A DNA stretch of 64,000 nt from Macrostomum lignano (taxonomy: Eukaryota): NCBI GenBank assembly GCA_002269645.1, contig NIVC01000257.1:526011-590010 (forward strand). The letters are read 5' to 3'. Below the pieces are notes generated by a model. It made no database searches. It worked only from the letters and a program-made list of their open reading frames with translations, and was not told where the DNA came from. A program made the position numbers and the translations under genes. Shown here one piece after another: positions 1-13,700 of the stretch (positions are counted from its first letter, which is position 1; each line of letters opens with the position of its first letter).

Positions 1-838
1 TGTCCCAACAATGCCACTGAGATTGTTGCATTGCTTTTGAATTGTGCTCTACCAGGTAACACAAGTACTCTGGTGTACAATACTTCTACAGCAGATAATA
101 CTCACCCAAAACAGATCGTCTCTTTCTCTTTAATCCTGTGCCGGACGGGTTTTCTTCAGATCCACCAGAAAATTCACAAATAGACTGACTGCCTGCACGG
201 ATAGCGGCTGCTGCTGCTGATGCTGCTGCGGCTTGTGAGCAGCAAGTGAACCAAATGACGGATGCAGCGGCGAGATCAGAATGCTCGCTGCTGATCGTTA
301 AAGCGCATTCTTGTCTCTTAGGCATGTCGCTGGCGTGGCTGACTTCAGAATCTGCGAGGAAAAGAAATCAATTAAGATAGGCTTGCTTTAGTAATCATTA
401 ATAGGCTATAAAGGAACCCTTTAATAGAACGTGTTCAACTAATGCTGGGTCTGTTTTGAAAAGTCAGAACTCAGAAGTAGTCGCGATTAGAATCAGTATT
501 GTCCCAATAAGTGCGACCCAACAAATGCTGTTCAAAAAATAGGCCTGGCTGCAATGTCCCAATAAATGCCCAACAAATTACTAGCCTTGAGCTAGGCTGG
601 GCTGTGTTTACTATTCATTGCGTTTGTAGCTTGTGTCCCAACAATGCCACTGAGATTGTTGCATTGCTTTTGAATTGTGCTCTACCAAGTAACACAAGTA
701 CTCTGGTGTACAATACTTCTACAGCAGATAATACTCACCCAAAACAGATCGTCTCTTTCTCTTTAATCCTGTGCCGGACGGGTTTTCTTCAGATCCACCA
801 GAAAATTCACAAATAGACTGACTGCCTGCACGGATAGC

Positions 839-871
<33 letters not shown>

Positions 872-3800
872 GGCTTGTGAGCAGCAAGTGAACCAAATGA
901 CGGATGCAGCGGCGAGATCAGAATGCTCGCTGCTGATCGTTAAAGCGCATTCTTGTCTCTTAGGCATGTCGCTGGCGTGGCTGACTTCAGAATCTGCGAG
1001 GAAAAGAAATCAATTAAGATAGGCTTGCTTTAGTAATCATTAATAGGCTATAAAGGAACCCTTTAATAGAACGTGTTCAACTAATGCTGGGTCTGTTTTG
1101 AAAAGTCAGAACTCAGAAGTAGTCGCGATTAGAATCAGTATTGTCCCAATAAGTGCGACCCAACAAATGCTGTTCAAAAAATAGGCCTGGCTGCAATGTC
1201 CCAATAAATGCCCAACAAATTACTAGCCTTGAGCTAGGCTGGGCTGTGTTTACTATTCATTGCGTTTGTAGCTTGTGTCCCAACAATGCCACTGAGATTG
1301 TTGCATTGCTTTTGAATTGTGCTCTACCAGGTAACACAAGTACTCTGGTGTACAATACTTCTACAGCAGATAATACTCACCCAAAACAGATCGTCTCTTT
1401 CTCTTTAATCCTGTGCCGGACGGGTTTTCTTCAGATCCACCAGAAAATTCACAAATAGACTGACTGCCTGCACGGATAGCGGCTGCTGCTGCTGCGGCTT
1501 GTGAGCAGCAAGTGAACCAAATGACGGATGCAGCGGCGAGATCAGAATGCTCGCTGCTGATCGTTAAAGCGCATTCTTGTCTCTTAGGCATGTCGCTGGC
1601 GTGGCTGACTTCAGAATCTGCGAGGAAAAGAAATCAATTAAGATAGGCTTGCTTTAGTAATCATTAATAGGCTATAAAGGAACCCTTTAATAGAACGTGT
1701 TCAACTAATGCTGGGTCTGTTTTGAAAAGTCAGAACTCAGAAGTAGTCGCGATTAGAATCAGTATTGTCCCAATAAGTGCGACCCAACAAATGCTGTTCA
1801 AAAAATAGGCCTGGCTGCAATGTCCCAATAAATGCCCAACAAATTACTAGCCTTGAGCTAGGCTGGGCTGTGTTTACTATTCATTGCGTTTGTAGCTTGT
1901 GTCCCAACAATGCCACTGAGATTGTTGCATTGCTTTTGAATTGTGCTCTACCAGGTAACACAAGTACTCTGGTGTACAATACTTCTACAGCAGATAATAC
2001 TCACCCAAAACAGATCGTCTCTTTCTCTTTAATCCTGTGCCGGACGGGTTTTCTTCAGATCCACCAGAAAATTCACAAATAGACTGACTGCCTGCACGGA
2101 TAGCGGCTGCTGCTGCTGCTGCTGCTGCGGCTTGTGAGCAGCAAGTGAACCAAATGACGGATGCAGCGGCGAGATCAGAATGCTCGCTGCTGATCGTTAA
2201 AGCGCATTCTTGTCTCTTAGGCATGTCGCTGGCGTGGCTGACTTCAGAATCTGCGAGGAAAAGAAATCAATTAAGATAGGCTTGCTTTAGTAATCATTAA
2301 TAGGCTATAAAGGAACCCTTTAATAGAACGTGTTCAACTAATGCTGGGTCTGTTTTGAAAAGTCAGAACTCAGAAGTAGTCGCGATTAGAATCAGTATTG
2401 TCCCAATAAGTGCGACCCAACAAATGCTGTTCAAAAAATAGGCCTGGCTGCAATGTCCCAATAAATGCCCAACAAATTACTAGCCTTGAGCTAGGCTGGG
2501 CTGTGTTTACTATTCATTGCGTTTGTAGCTTGTGTCCCAACAATGCCACTGAGATTGTTGCATTGCTTTTGAATTGTGCTCTACCAGGTAACACAAGTAC
2601 TCTGGTGTACAATACTTCTACAGCAGATAATACTCACCCAAAACAGATCGTCTCTTTCTCTTTAATCCTGTGCCGGACGGGTTTTCTTCAGATCCACCAG
2701 AAAATTCACAAATAGACTGACTGCCTGCACGGATAGCGGCTGCTGCTGCTGATGCTGCTGCGGCTTGTGAGCAGCAAGTGAACCAAATGACGGATGCAGC
2801 GGCGAGATCAGAATGCTCGCTGCTGATCGTTAAAGCGCATTCTTGTCTCTTAGGCATGTCGCTGGCGTGGCTGACTTCAGAATCTGCGAGGAAAAGAAAT
2901 CAATTAAGATAGGCTTGCTTTAGTAATCATTAATAGGCTATAAAGGAACCCTTTAATAGAACGTGTTCAACTAATGCTGGGTCTGTTTTGAAAAGTCAGA
3001 ACTCAGAAGTAGTCGCGATTAGAATCAGTATTGTCCCAATAAGTGCGACCCAACAAATGCTGTTCAAAAAATAGGCCTGGCTGCAATGTCCCAATAAATG
3101 CCCAACAAATTACTAGCCTTGAGCTAGGCTGGGCTGTGTTTACTATTCATTGCGTTTGTAGCTTGTGTCCCAACAATGCCACTGAGATTGTTGCATTGCT
3201 TTTGAATTGTGCTCTACCAAGTAACACAAGTACTCTGGTGTACAATACTTCTACAGCAGATAATACTCACCCAAAACAGATCGTCTCTTTCTCTTTAATC
3301 CTGTGCCGGACGGGTTTTCTTCAGATCCACCAGAAAATTCACAAATAGACTGACTGCCTGCACGGATAGCGGCTGCTGCTGCTGCTGCTGCTGCTGCTGC
3401 GGCTTGTGAGCAGCAAGTGAACCAAATGACGGATGCAGCGGCGAGATCAGAATGCTCGCTGCTGATCGTTAAAGCGCATTCTTGTCTCTTAGGCATGTCG
3501 CTGGCGTGGCTGACTTCAGAATCTGCGAGGAAAAGAAATCAATTAAGATAGGCTTGCTTTAGTAATCATTAATAGGCTATAAAGGAACCCTTTAATAGAA
3601 CGTGTTCAACTAATGCTGGGTCTGTTTTGAAAAGTCAGAACTCAGAAGTAGTCGCGATTAGAATCAGTATTGTCCCAATAAGTGCGACCCAACAAATGCT
3701 GTTCAAAAAATAGGCCTGGCTGCAATGTCCCAATAAATGCCCAACAAATTACTAGCCTTGAGCTAGGCTGGGCTGTGTTTACTATTCATTGCGTTTGTAG

Positions 3801-4078
3801 CTTGTGTCCCAACAATGCCACTGAGATTGTTGCATTGCTTTTGAATTGTGCTCTACCAGGTAACACAAGTACTCTGGTGTACAATACTTCTACAGCAGAT
3901 AATACTCACCCAAAACAGATCGTCTCTTTCTCTTTAATCCTGTGCCGGACGGGTTTTCTTCAGATCCACCAGAAAATTCACAAATAGACTGACTGCCTGC
4001 ACGGATAGCGGCTGCTGCTGCTGCTGCTGCTGCGGCTTGTGAGCAGCAAGTGAAATAAATGACGGATGCAGCGGCGAG
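1..4078. repeat. Tandem array of ~633-bp units (6.5 units visible, continues beyond the window start)
   Basis: Near-identical units recur at spacings 633, 642, 624, 633, 633, 639 bp. Length differences are all multiples of 3 within a (GCT)n tract. Similarity ends after GCGGCGAG at 4078. Confidence 0.97.
106..351 (-). CDS. Candidate internal exon repeated in each 633-bp unit (other copies 739-993, 1381-1617, 2005-2250, 2638-2883, 3271-3522); product unknown, Ala tract plus basic KRKRR motif
   Basis: - strand: acceptor TTTCTTTTCCTCGCAG, open frame (D)SEVSHASDMPKRQECALTISSEHSDLAAASVIWFTCCSQAAAA..IRAGSQSICEFSGGSEENPSGTGLKRKRRSVL(G), donor G|GTGAGT. Length 246 nt, phase 1-1. No recognisable homology. 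Confidence 0.45.
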
Positions 4079-4095
4079 TTTGAATGCGGACGAAC
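3910..4095 (-). CDS. Candidate exon in the terminal unit of the array, with its own acceptor
   Basis: Acceptor TTTTTCTTTTGTGCGCCCACGCACAG|GTTCG lies in unique sequence. Frame (G)SSAFKLAAASVIYFTCCSQ...KRKRRSVL(G), same GTGAGT donor, 186 nt, phase 1-1 like the other copies. Confidence 0.45.
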
Positions 4096-5276
4096 CTGTG
4101 CGTGGGCGCACAAAAGAAAAATCACTTATTGAGAAATCTGTCTGATTTGTTTGAAAACAGATTTAAATGTCGCTGTTCTAATAAATGCTTCATTGTCAAT
4201 GAAATTTTACTGTACAATTAAAATATTCGTAGTTTGTCCCAACGGTGCTGCTTGTGTCAGTTAGATGGAGTACAAATTTCACTTTCTCGATAGTGCCGCA
4301 GCAACTTACTTTGCCCTTAGCTGACTGCAGGCAGGCTTGCTTGTTTTAATAATGCCCTAGAAAACAAAACACTTATTGCAATTAAGTTTCAGTTACTGGG
4401 AGTTGCAATTTTCTGAGATCCTATCTCTTTGCTGACCGCCCATCTTCCCAATCAGATGAGCTTCTTTTTTGTTGCTGACTCTGCCCTGCTTTTCTTTTGG
4501 CGTTTGCCTTTGCAGTAAGCTTTGTTTCTCGTTCTAGAATGCTGTCATTTTATACTGTTCTTTAGTTATGTAATAATACTGCTTTGAGTAGAAAAATAAT
4601 TTGACTATCGAATTATAACAGTAATATATTATATTAGTTGCCCAGCAAACTCACATGGTATTTCTCCAAGTCTCTAGTACTGTGGGCGATGTGTCATGCG
4701 AGATTTCTTTCCTAAATGTTTTGATTGAAACTTTTAGTAAAATTTGTTCTTCCTAGAAGTGTAAATTTTGCCTACTTATGATTGCTCAACTGGCTGTTGT
4801 AAATTAATTGATAAATAAGGTGATCGTGCCGCCTCTCTTATATTTCACTGAGCTCAGAGTATTACTAGGCTGCTTATTATTTTTTTCAACCTACAAAAAA
4901 TACGACATATACGAGTACGAGACAAGACTTACTTGACAATGAAGGCCAATCTGTTTGTTATAGAAGAAAACGGTAGCTTATCGATATCAACGTATCTGGA
5001 ATTTTAGAAAAGTACATATGTAAATTCCGGTTAAGTTTTTATTTATCATAAAATTTTAAAAAGAATTTTAAATTCTACTTACATATGTGTAATGGTTCCT
5101 AGCCAAGTCTTTTCATGCCAGGTCATGCATGGAAACTCTTGTGACGTGGCACATTTTGTCTGTGTAGTGCAGGTCTCGTAAATGAATTATATTCGTTTGA
5201 ACATATGCAGTACGCCGTTTGTCAAAGGGAACTTCTACATGTACCTTTCCGTTAGAATTGGCTCTTCCTCTTGTAG

Positions 5277-5578
5277 GCCTCAACTTCAGTGTAAACTTTA
5301 TCCTGACTCCCTTGCGCCCGCCTCTCCTCCCCGCTTCCCCCCGCCGCGATAGGAATGTACACGTGGCCTGGGTAAGGGATTGCCTGGGTCTTGTACACGC
5401 TTGTCTAACACTTCTGCTCTGTACGTGGGTTTATCTTTACGATCCAAGATAAGCAGAATTGTTTTTCAGGAAGGCCTAGTAGTTAGTTTTGGGCCAACTA
5501 GTCATCGATTTAGACTTTACAGTGACAGTGACACTCAAACATGTGCTAGCAGTCCATGCAGTCATCTTAAGTTTCTTG
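5277..5578 (+). CDS. Two weak candidate exons (5277-5371 and 5470-5578), possibly upstream exons of the TIR-SLOG gene
   Basis: TTCCTCTTGTAG|...TGG|GTAAGG and TTGTTTTTCAG|...CTTG|GTATCT. Joined in phase 0 they read GLNFSVNFILTPLRPPLLPASPRRDRNVHVAW-EGLVVSFGPTSHRFRLYSDSDTQTCASSPCSHLKFL and end in phase 1. No homology recognised. Confidence 0.2.
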
Positions 5579-6279
5579 GTATCTCCGTACTTTTCAGTAT
5601 ACCAGACGATAATTATCATAATTCTAGGAAAAATTTTGCTACATAGTATAGCTGCCCAAACCCAGGCCAATAAGGAAGTCATTTAAAGCCTTAGAGATTA
5701 AACGTTTCCCTTTAATACTCGTCCTTGGTTTTCTCGGGAAATGCAAAGTTTTTCTTTGCCCTTTATTTCTTTGCTCTAAAAGCGCTTCATAAGACTGAGA
5801 ATTTCCACCGGAAAACTACCTCACTCAAAGTGTCACTTTACGTTAATGGCCTCCAGTCACTAACTTGAGTCAGTTAATACCCATTCACATATGACAAATA
5901 GATTAATGCAGCTGACTGAAAACGAGAATTTCAGTTAAAATGGCCGAGGGCACAGGCGGATGTAACCTTAATTTGCCATGTTTCGTGTATAAGTGAAATT
6001 GGAAGCTAATGAATTTAGATGCTAGCTGTTTCTATGCAAAAATCTAAATATACTAAATCTATAAGGTTTGTATGCTTAATTGTAATATTCTAAATCTTTA
6101 TTAAATTATTTCATATTTTATAGTAAACACGATGCCAAATGTCAGGATCCTTTCAAGTGTCGATTGGCAGCCCTGTGGAGAACCTCTATCTGTTACTTGT
6201 AGTAGACTTTCTTGATATTGTAAGAAATATTGTAATAAAACGAGAATTCCGATTTGAGACCCAATTGTTCTGTTGGATC

Positions 6280-6582
6280 AGACCATCAGTTCGCATAATT
6301 TTTTAAACTTCTTAGGACACTGCAAATCATTAGATTCCCCGTGTTTGATTAAAAATATGAAAAAATGACATTGATTTTTGAAAGGAGAATCGAAAGACGG
6401 TTCCAATGAATATTTTTTCATTTCAATAAAATTCATTTTTGGAAGTGTCGGGACGCACTTATTGGGCCTGGCCCAACACATTTTTGGTCCTAATAGCACG
6501 GGTCAGTTTATACACGCTTGTCCCAAGAAATGCCTAATGCACAAACACATACCGACAGACCATTTTTAGTATATTGGAATGG
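6280..6582 (+). mobile_element. 3' part of a Helitron/HINE-like element preceding unit A
   Basis: Ends in short AC-rich sequence then ACAGACCATTTTTAGTATAT, the same terminal motif as unit C. Left boundary uncertain. Confidence 0.45.
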
Positions 6583-6806
6583 ACTAGCAATCTACGCCCC
6601 CCGTTGGGGAGCCAAAGAAATGCAATACACGTTTTTTTAATAAGCTACATGTATCCTTGAAATCTTAAAAAATCTCCTGTCAAACCTTGTAAGCCTTGAC
6701 ATGTCAGTTATCCCCCCCACAAGCTTTAACATATCAACTTCCCCCCTTGACATCTCAGCAATGCCCCCAATAAGCCTTGGAAATCTAAAAATATCTGTCA
6801 ACCTTC

Positions 6807-6867
6807 TAACCCTAACCCTAGCCTAACCCTAACCCTAACCCTAACCCTAACCCTAACCTAACCCTAA
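6807..6867. repeat. Interstitial telomere-type (TAACCC)n tract (also 15557-15600 and 19032-19092; opposite-orientation TTAGGG tract at 23131-23158)
   Basis: Direct read of TAACCC/TTAGGG hexamers at the same position in units A, B and C. Confidence 0.9.
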
Positions 6868-7719
6868 AGCATTGAAATTTCAGTAATTCTCTCTAAGAGT
6901 CATTATAGCACTACTACAGCATTATAGCGATAAGCTTCTTTTATTTTTTACATAACGCTTTTTTTATCAGCGATCCCTCGCCTGAGGAGGCATCAAATAA
7001 TGTAATAAAAAGTTTTCAATAAACTACATGTAGCTTCTGACTTTAGCCTTGAAATCTCATTTATACCCCCGTGAGCCTTGACATCTCAGCTATTCCCCCC
7101 GTAAGCCTTGACATGTCAGCAATGGCCCCCATAAACCTTGAAATCTAAAAAATCCCCTGTTAACCTTGAAACCCGATAAAATATAACCCTCAACCCACAC
7201 CTGACCTAAACCTAACTTTAACCCAACCTAAAGCCTTGAAATCTCAGCAATTCTTCTCCCCTAAGCCTTAACATTTTAGTGATTCTTTCTTTAAGAATCA
7301 CAGCACTATAACGATTTCCACCAAGCTTTGACATCGTAGCAATTCCCAAATGAATCTTTTAACTTCGACATGACTTTTCTTTTATGTATACATAGTGCTA
7401 CTTTTATTTTTTACATGACTTTCTTCTATCAGCGCCCCCCCCGTGACGAGCCAACAAAGAATGCAATAAAAAAATTGAGTAAAGTACATGAACTTTGAAG
7501 TAGCTTCTGACTTTTGCTTTGACATCTCAGAAACCCCCCCCCGTAATCTCAGTTATTCTCTGAGAGCCTTGACGTCTCAGTTTTTCTCCCCAGCACAGCA
7601 TTATAGTTGCATTTAATTTTTACATGAACCCTTCATGTCTGACATGACGTTTCTTTTATTCTACCGTGACGCTTCTTAATTTTTTAAATGACACTTTCAT
7701 TAGTTTTTAAATGAGGCTT

Positions 7720-10700
7720 CTATGATTTTTTCTTGACGCTTCTATGATTTTTACATGACGCTTCTATGATTTTTTACATGACGCTTCTATGATTTTTATA
7801 TGACGTTTCTATGATTGTTTACATGACGCTTCTATGATTGTTTACATGACGCTTCTATGATTGTTTACAGTACGCTTCTATGATTTTTTCTTGACGCTTC
7901 TATGATTTTTACATGACGCTTCTAAGATTTTTTACATGACGCTTCTATGATTGTTTACAGTACGCTTCTATGATTTTTTACATGACGCTTCTATGATTGT
8001 TCGCTTCTATGATTGTTTACATGACGCTTCTATGATTTTTTACATGATGCTTCTATGATTTTTTACATGACGCTTCTATGATTGTTTGCATGACGCTTCT
8101 ATGATTGTTTACATGACGCTTCTATGATTGTTTACATGACGCTTCTATGATTGTTTACATGACGCTTCTATGATTTTTTACATGACGCTTCTATGATTGT
8201 TCGCTTCTATGATTGTTTACATGACGCTTCTATGATTGTTTGCATGACGCTTCTATGATTTTTTCTTGACGCTTCTATGATTTTTACATGACGCTTCTAT
8301 GATTTTTTACATGACGCTTCTATGATTTTTATATGACGTTTCTATGATTGTTTACATGACGCTTCTATGATTGTTTACATGACGCTTCTATGATTGTTTA
8401 CATGACGCTTCTATGATTTTTTCTTGACGCTTCTATGATTTTTACATGACGCTTCTATGATTTTTTACATGACGCTTCTATGATTTTTATATGACGTTTC
8501 TATGATTGTTTACATGACGCTTCTATGATTGTTCGCTTCTATGATTGTTTACATGACGCTTCTATGATTTTTTACATGATGCTTCTATGATTTTTTACAT
8601 GACGCTTCTATGATTGTTTACATGACGCTTCTATGATTGTTTACATGACGCTTCTATGATTGTTTACATGACGCTCTACGATTTTTACATGACGCTTCTA
8701 TGATTGTTTACATGACGCTTCTATGATTTTTTACATGACGCTTCTATGATTGTTTACATGACGCTTCTATGATTGTTTACATGACGCTTCTATGATTGTT
8801 TACATGACGCTTCTACGATTTTTTACATGACGCTTCTATGATTGTTTACATGACGCTTCTATGATTTTTAATGACGCTTCTATGATTGTTTACATGACGC
8901 TTCTATGATTTTTACATGACGCTTCTATGATTGTTTACATGACGCTTCTATGATTGTTTACATGACGCTTCTATGATTTTTTACATGACGCTTCTATGAT
9001 TGTTTACATGACGCTTTATGATTTTTTACATGACGCTTCTATGATTGTTTACATGACGCTTCTATGATTGTTTACATGACGCTTCTATGATTGTTTACAT
9101 GACGCTTCTATGATTGTTTACATGACGCTTCTAAGATTTTTTACATGACGCTTCTTGATTTTTTACATGACGCTTCTATGATTGTTTACATGACGCTTCT
9201 ATGATTGTTTACATGACGCTTCTATGATTTTTTACATGACGCTTCTATGATTTTTTACATGACGCTTCTATGATTGTTTACATGACGCTTCTATGATTTT
9301 TACATGACGCTTCTATGATTGTTTACATGACGCTTCTATGATTGTTTACATGACGCTTCTATGATTTTTACATGACGCTTCTATGATTTTTACATGACGC
9401 TTCTATGATTGTTTACATGACGCTTCTATGATTTTTATGACGCTTCTATGATTGTTTACATGACGCTTCTATGATTGTTTACATGACGCTTCTATGATTT
9501 TTATGACGCTTCTATGATTGTTTACATGACGCTTCTATGATTGTTTACATGACGCTTCTATGATTGTTTACATGACGCTTCTATGATTTTTACATGACGC
9601 TTCTATGATTGTTTACATGACGCTTCTATGATTTTTACATGACGCTTCTATGATTTTTTACATGACGCTTCTATGATTGTTTACATGACGCTTCTATGAT
9701 TGTTTACATGACGCTTCTATGATTGTTTACATGACGCTTCTATGATTTTTACATGACGCTTCTATGATTGTTTACATGACGCTTCTATGATTGTTTACAT
9801 GACGCTTCTATGATTGTTTACATGACGCTTCTATGATTTTTACATGACGCTTCTATGATTTTTACATGACGCTTTATGATTGTTTACATGACGCTTCTAT
9901 GATTTTTACATGACGCTTCTATGATTTTTTACATGACGCTTCTATGATTTTTACATGACGCTTCTATGATTGTTTACATGACGCTTCTATGATTGTTTAC
10001 ATGACGCTTCTATGATTGTTTACATGACGCTTCTATGATTTTTTCATGACGCTTCTATGATTGTTTACATGACGCTTCTATGATTTTTATGACGCTTCTA
10101 TGATTTTTTACATGACGCTTCTATGATTTTTACATGACGCTTCTATGATTTTTTACATGACGCTTCTATGATTGTTTACATGACGCTTCTATGATTGTTT
10201 ACATGACGCTTCTATGATTGTTTACATGACGCTTCTATGATTTTTACATGACGCTTCTATGATTGTTTACAGTACGCTTCTATGATTTTTTACATGACGC
10301 TTCTATGATTGTTCGCTTCTATGATTGTTTACATGACGCTTCTATGATTTTTTACATGATGCTTCTATGATTTTTTACATGACGCTTCTATGATTGTTTA
10401 CATGACGCTTCTATGATTGTTTACATGACGCTTCTATGATTGTTTACATGACGCTTCTACGATTTTTTACATGACGCTTCTATGATTGTTTACATGACGC
10501 TTCTATGATTTTTACATGACGCTTCTATGATTGTTTACATGACGCTTCTATGATTGTTTACATGACGCTTCTATGATTGTTTACATGACGCTTCTATGAT
10601 TTTTTACATGACGCTTCTATGATTTTTACATGACGCTTCTATGATTGTTTACATGACGCTTCTATGATTGTTTACATGACGCTTCTATGATTTTTACATG

Positions 10701-13700
10701 ACGCTTCTATGATTTTTACATGACGCTTCTATGATTGTTTACATGACGCTTCTATGATTTTTACATGACGCTTCTATGATTGTTTACATGACGCTTCTAT
10801 GATTGTTTACATGACGCTTCTATGATTTTTACATGACGCTTCTATGATTTTTTACATGACGCTTCTATGATTGTTTACATGACGCTTCTATGATTTTTAT
10901 ATGACGCTTCTATGATTGTTTACATGACGCTTCTATGATTGTTTACATGACGCTTCTATGATTTTTATATGACGCTTCTATGATTGTTTACATGACGCTT
11001 CTATGATTGTTTACATGACGCTTTATGATTGTTTACATGACGCTTCTATGATTTTTATGACGCTTCTATGATTTTTACATGACGCTTCTATGATTTTTAC
11101 ATGACGCTTCTATGATTGTTTACATGACGCTTCTATGATTGTTTACATGACGCTTCTATGATTGTTTACATGACGCTTCTATGATTTTTACATGACGCTT
11201 CTATGATTGTTTACATGACGCTTCTATGATTTTTATATGACGCTTCTATGATTTTTACATGACGCTTCTATGATTTTTACATGACGCTTCTATGATTTTT
11301 ACATGACGCTTCTATGATTGTTTACATGACGCTTCTATGATTGTTTACATGACGCTTCTATGATTGTTTACATGACGCTTCTATGAATTTTTACATGACG
11401 CTTCTATGATTGTTTACAGTACGCTTCTATGATTTTTTACATGACGCTTCTATGATTGTTCGCTTCTATGATTGTTTACATGACGCTTCTATGATTTTTT
11501 ACATGATGCTTCTATGATTTTTTACATGACGCTTCTATGATTGTTTACATGACGCTTCTATGATTGTTTACATGACGCTTCTATGATTGTTTACATGACG
11601 CTTCTATGATTTTTTACATGACGCTTCTATGATTGTTTACATGACGCTTCTATGATTTTTACATGACGCTTCTATGATTGTTTACATGACGCTTCTATGA
11701 TTGTTTACATGACGCTTCTATGATTGTTTACATGACGCTTCTATGATTTTTTACATGACGCTTCTATGATTGTTTACATGACGCTTCTATGATTTTTACA
11801 TGACGCTTCTATGATTGTTTACATGACGCTTCTATGATTTTTACATGACGCTTCTATGATTGTTTACATGACGCTTCTATGATTGTTTACATGACGCTTC
11901 TATGATTTTTACATGACGCTTCTATGATTGTTTACATGACGCTTCTATGATTTTTTACATGACGCTTCTATGATTGTTTACATGACGCTTCTATGATTGT
12001 TTACATGACGCTTCTATGATTGTTTACATGACGCTTCTATGATTTTTACATGACGCTTCTATGATTTTTACATGACGCTTCTATGATTTTTACATGACGC
12101 TTCTATGATTGTTTACATGACGCTTCTATGATTGTTTACATGACGCTTCTATGATTTTTACATGACGCTTCTATGATTTTTTACATGACGCTTCTATGAT
12201 TGTTTACATGACGCTTCTATGATTGTTTACATGACGCTTCTATGATTGTTTACATGACGCTTCTATGATTGTTTACATGACGCTTCTATGATTGTTTACA
12301 TGACGCTTCTATGATTTTTACATGACGCTTCTATGATTGTTTACATGACGCTTCTATGATTTTTACATGACGCTTCTATGATTGTTTACATGACGCTTCT
12401 ATGATTGTTTACATGACGCTTCTATGATTTTTATATGACGCTTCTATGATTGTTTACATGACGCTTCTATGATTGTTTACATGACGCTTCTATGATTGTT
12501 TACATGACGCTTCTATGATTTTTACATGACGCTTCTATGATTGTTTACATGACGCTTCTATGATTTTTACATGACGCTTCTATGATTGTTTACATGACGC
12601 TTCTATGATTGTTTACATGACGCTTCTATGATTTTTACATGACGCTTCTATGATTGTTTACATGACGCTTCTATGATTTTTACATGACGCTTCTATGATT
12701 GTTTACATGACGCTTCTATGATTGTTTACATGACGCTTCTATGATTTTTACATGACGCTTCTATGATTTTTTACATGACGCTTCTATGATTTTTACATGA
12801 CGCTTCTATGATTGTTTACATGACGCTTCTATGATTGTTTACATGACGCTTCTATGATTTTTACATGACGCTTCTATGATTTTTACATGACGCTTCTATG
12901 ATTGTTTACATGACGCTTCTATGATTGTTTACATGACGCTTCTATGATTGTTTACATGACGCTTCTATGATTGTTTACATGACGCTTCTATGATTGTTTA
13001 CATGACGCTTCTATGATTTTTACATGACGCTTCTATGATTGTTTACATGACGCTTCTATGATTTTTACATGACGCTTCTATGATTGTTTACATGACGCTT
13101 CTATGATTGTTTACATGACGCTTCTATGATTTTTACATGACGCTTCTATGATTGTTTACATGACGCTTCTATGATTGTTTACATGACGCTTCTATGATTG
13201 TTTACATGACGCTTCTATGATTTTTACATGACGCTTCTATGATTTTTACATGACGCTTCTATGATTTTTACATGACGCTTCTATGATTTTTACATGACGC
13301 TTCTATGATTGTTTACATGACGCTTCTATGATTGTTTACATGACGCTTCTATGATTGTTTACATGACGCTTCTATGATTTTTACATGACGCTTCTATGAT
13401 TGTTTACATGACGCTTCTATGATTGTTTACATGACGCTTCTATGATTGTTTACATGACGCTTCTATGATTTTTACATGACGCTTCTATGATTTTTACATG
13501 ACGCTTCTATGATTGTTTACATGACGCTTCTATGATTTTTATATGACGCTTCTATGATTTTTTACATGACGCTTCTATGATTTTTACATGACGCTTCTAT
13601 GATTGTTTACATGACGCTTCTATGATTGTTTACATGACGCTTCTATGATTGTTTACATGACGCTTCTATGATTTTTTACATGACGCTTCTATGATTGTTT

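Noticed and set aside
511-3987. Repeated 101-aa + strand ORF MRPNKCC...
   Set aside because: Non-ATG start, AT-rich composition and no recognisable motif. It overlaps the putative intron of the - strand exon array.
6807-6867. True telomere or chromosome end
   Set aside because: The tracts are only about 45-60 bp, internal, and fixed within repeated elements.
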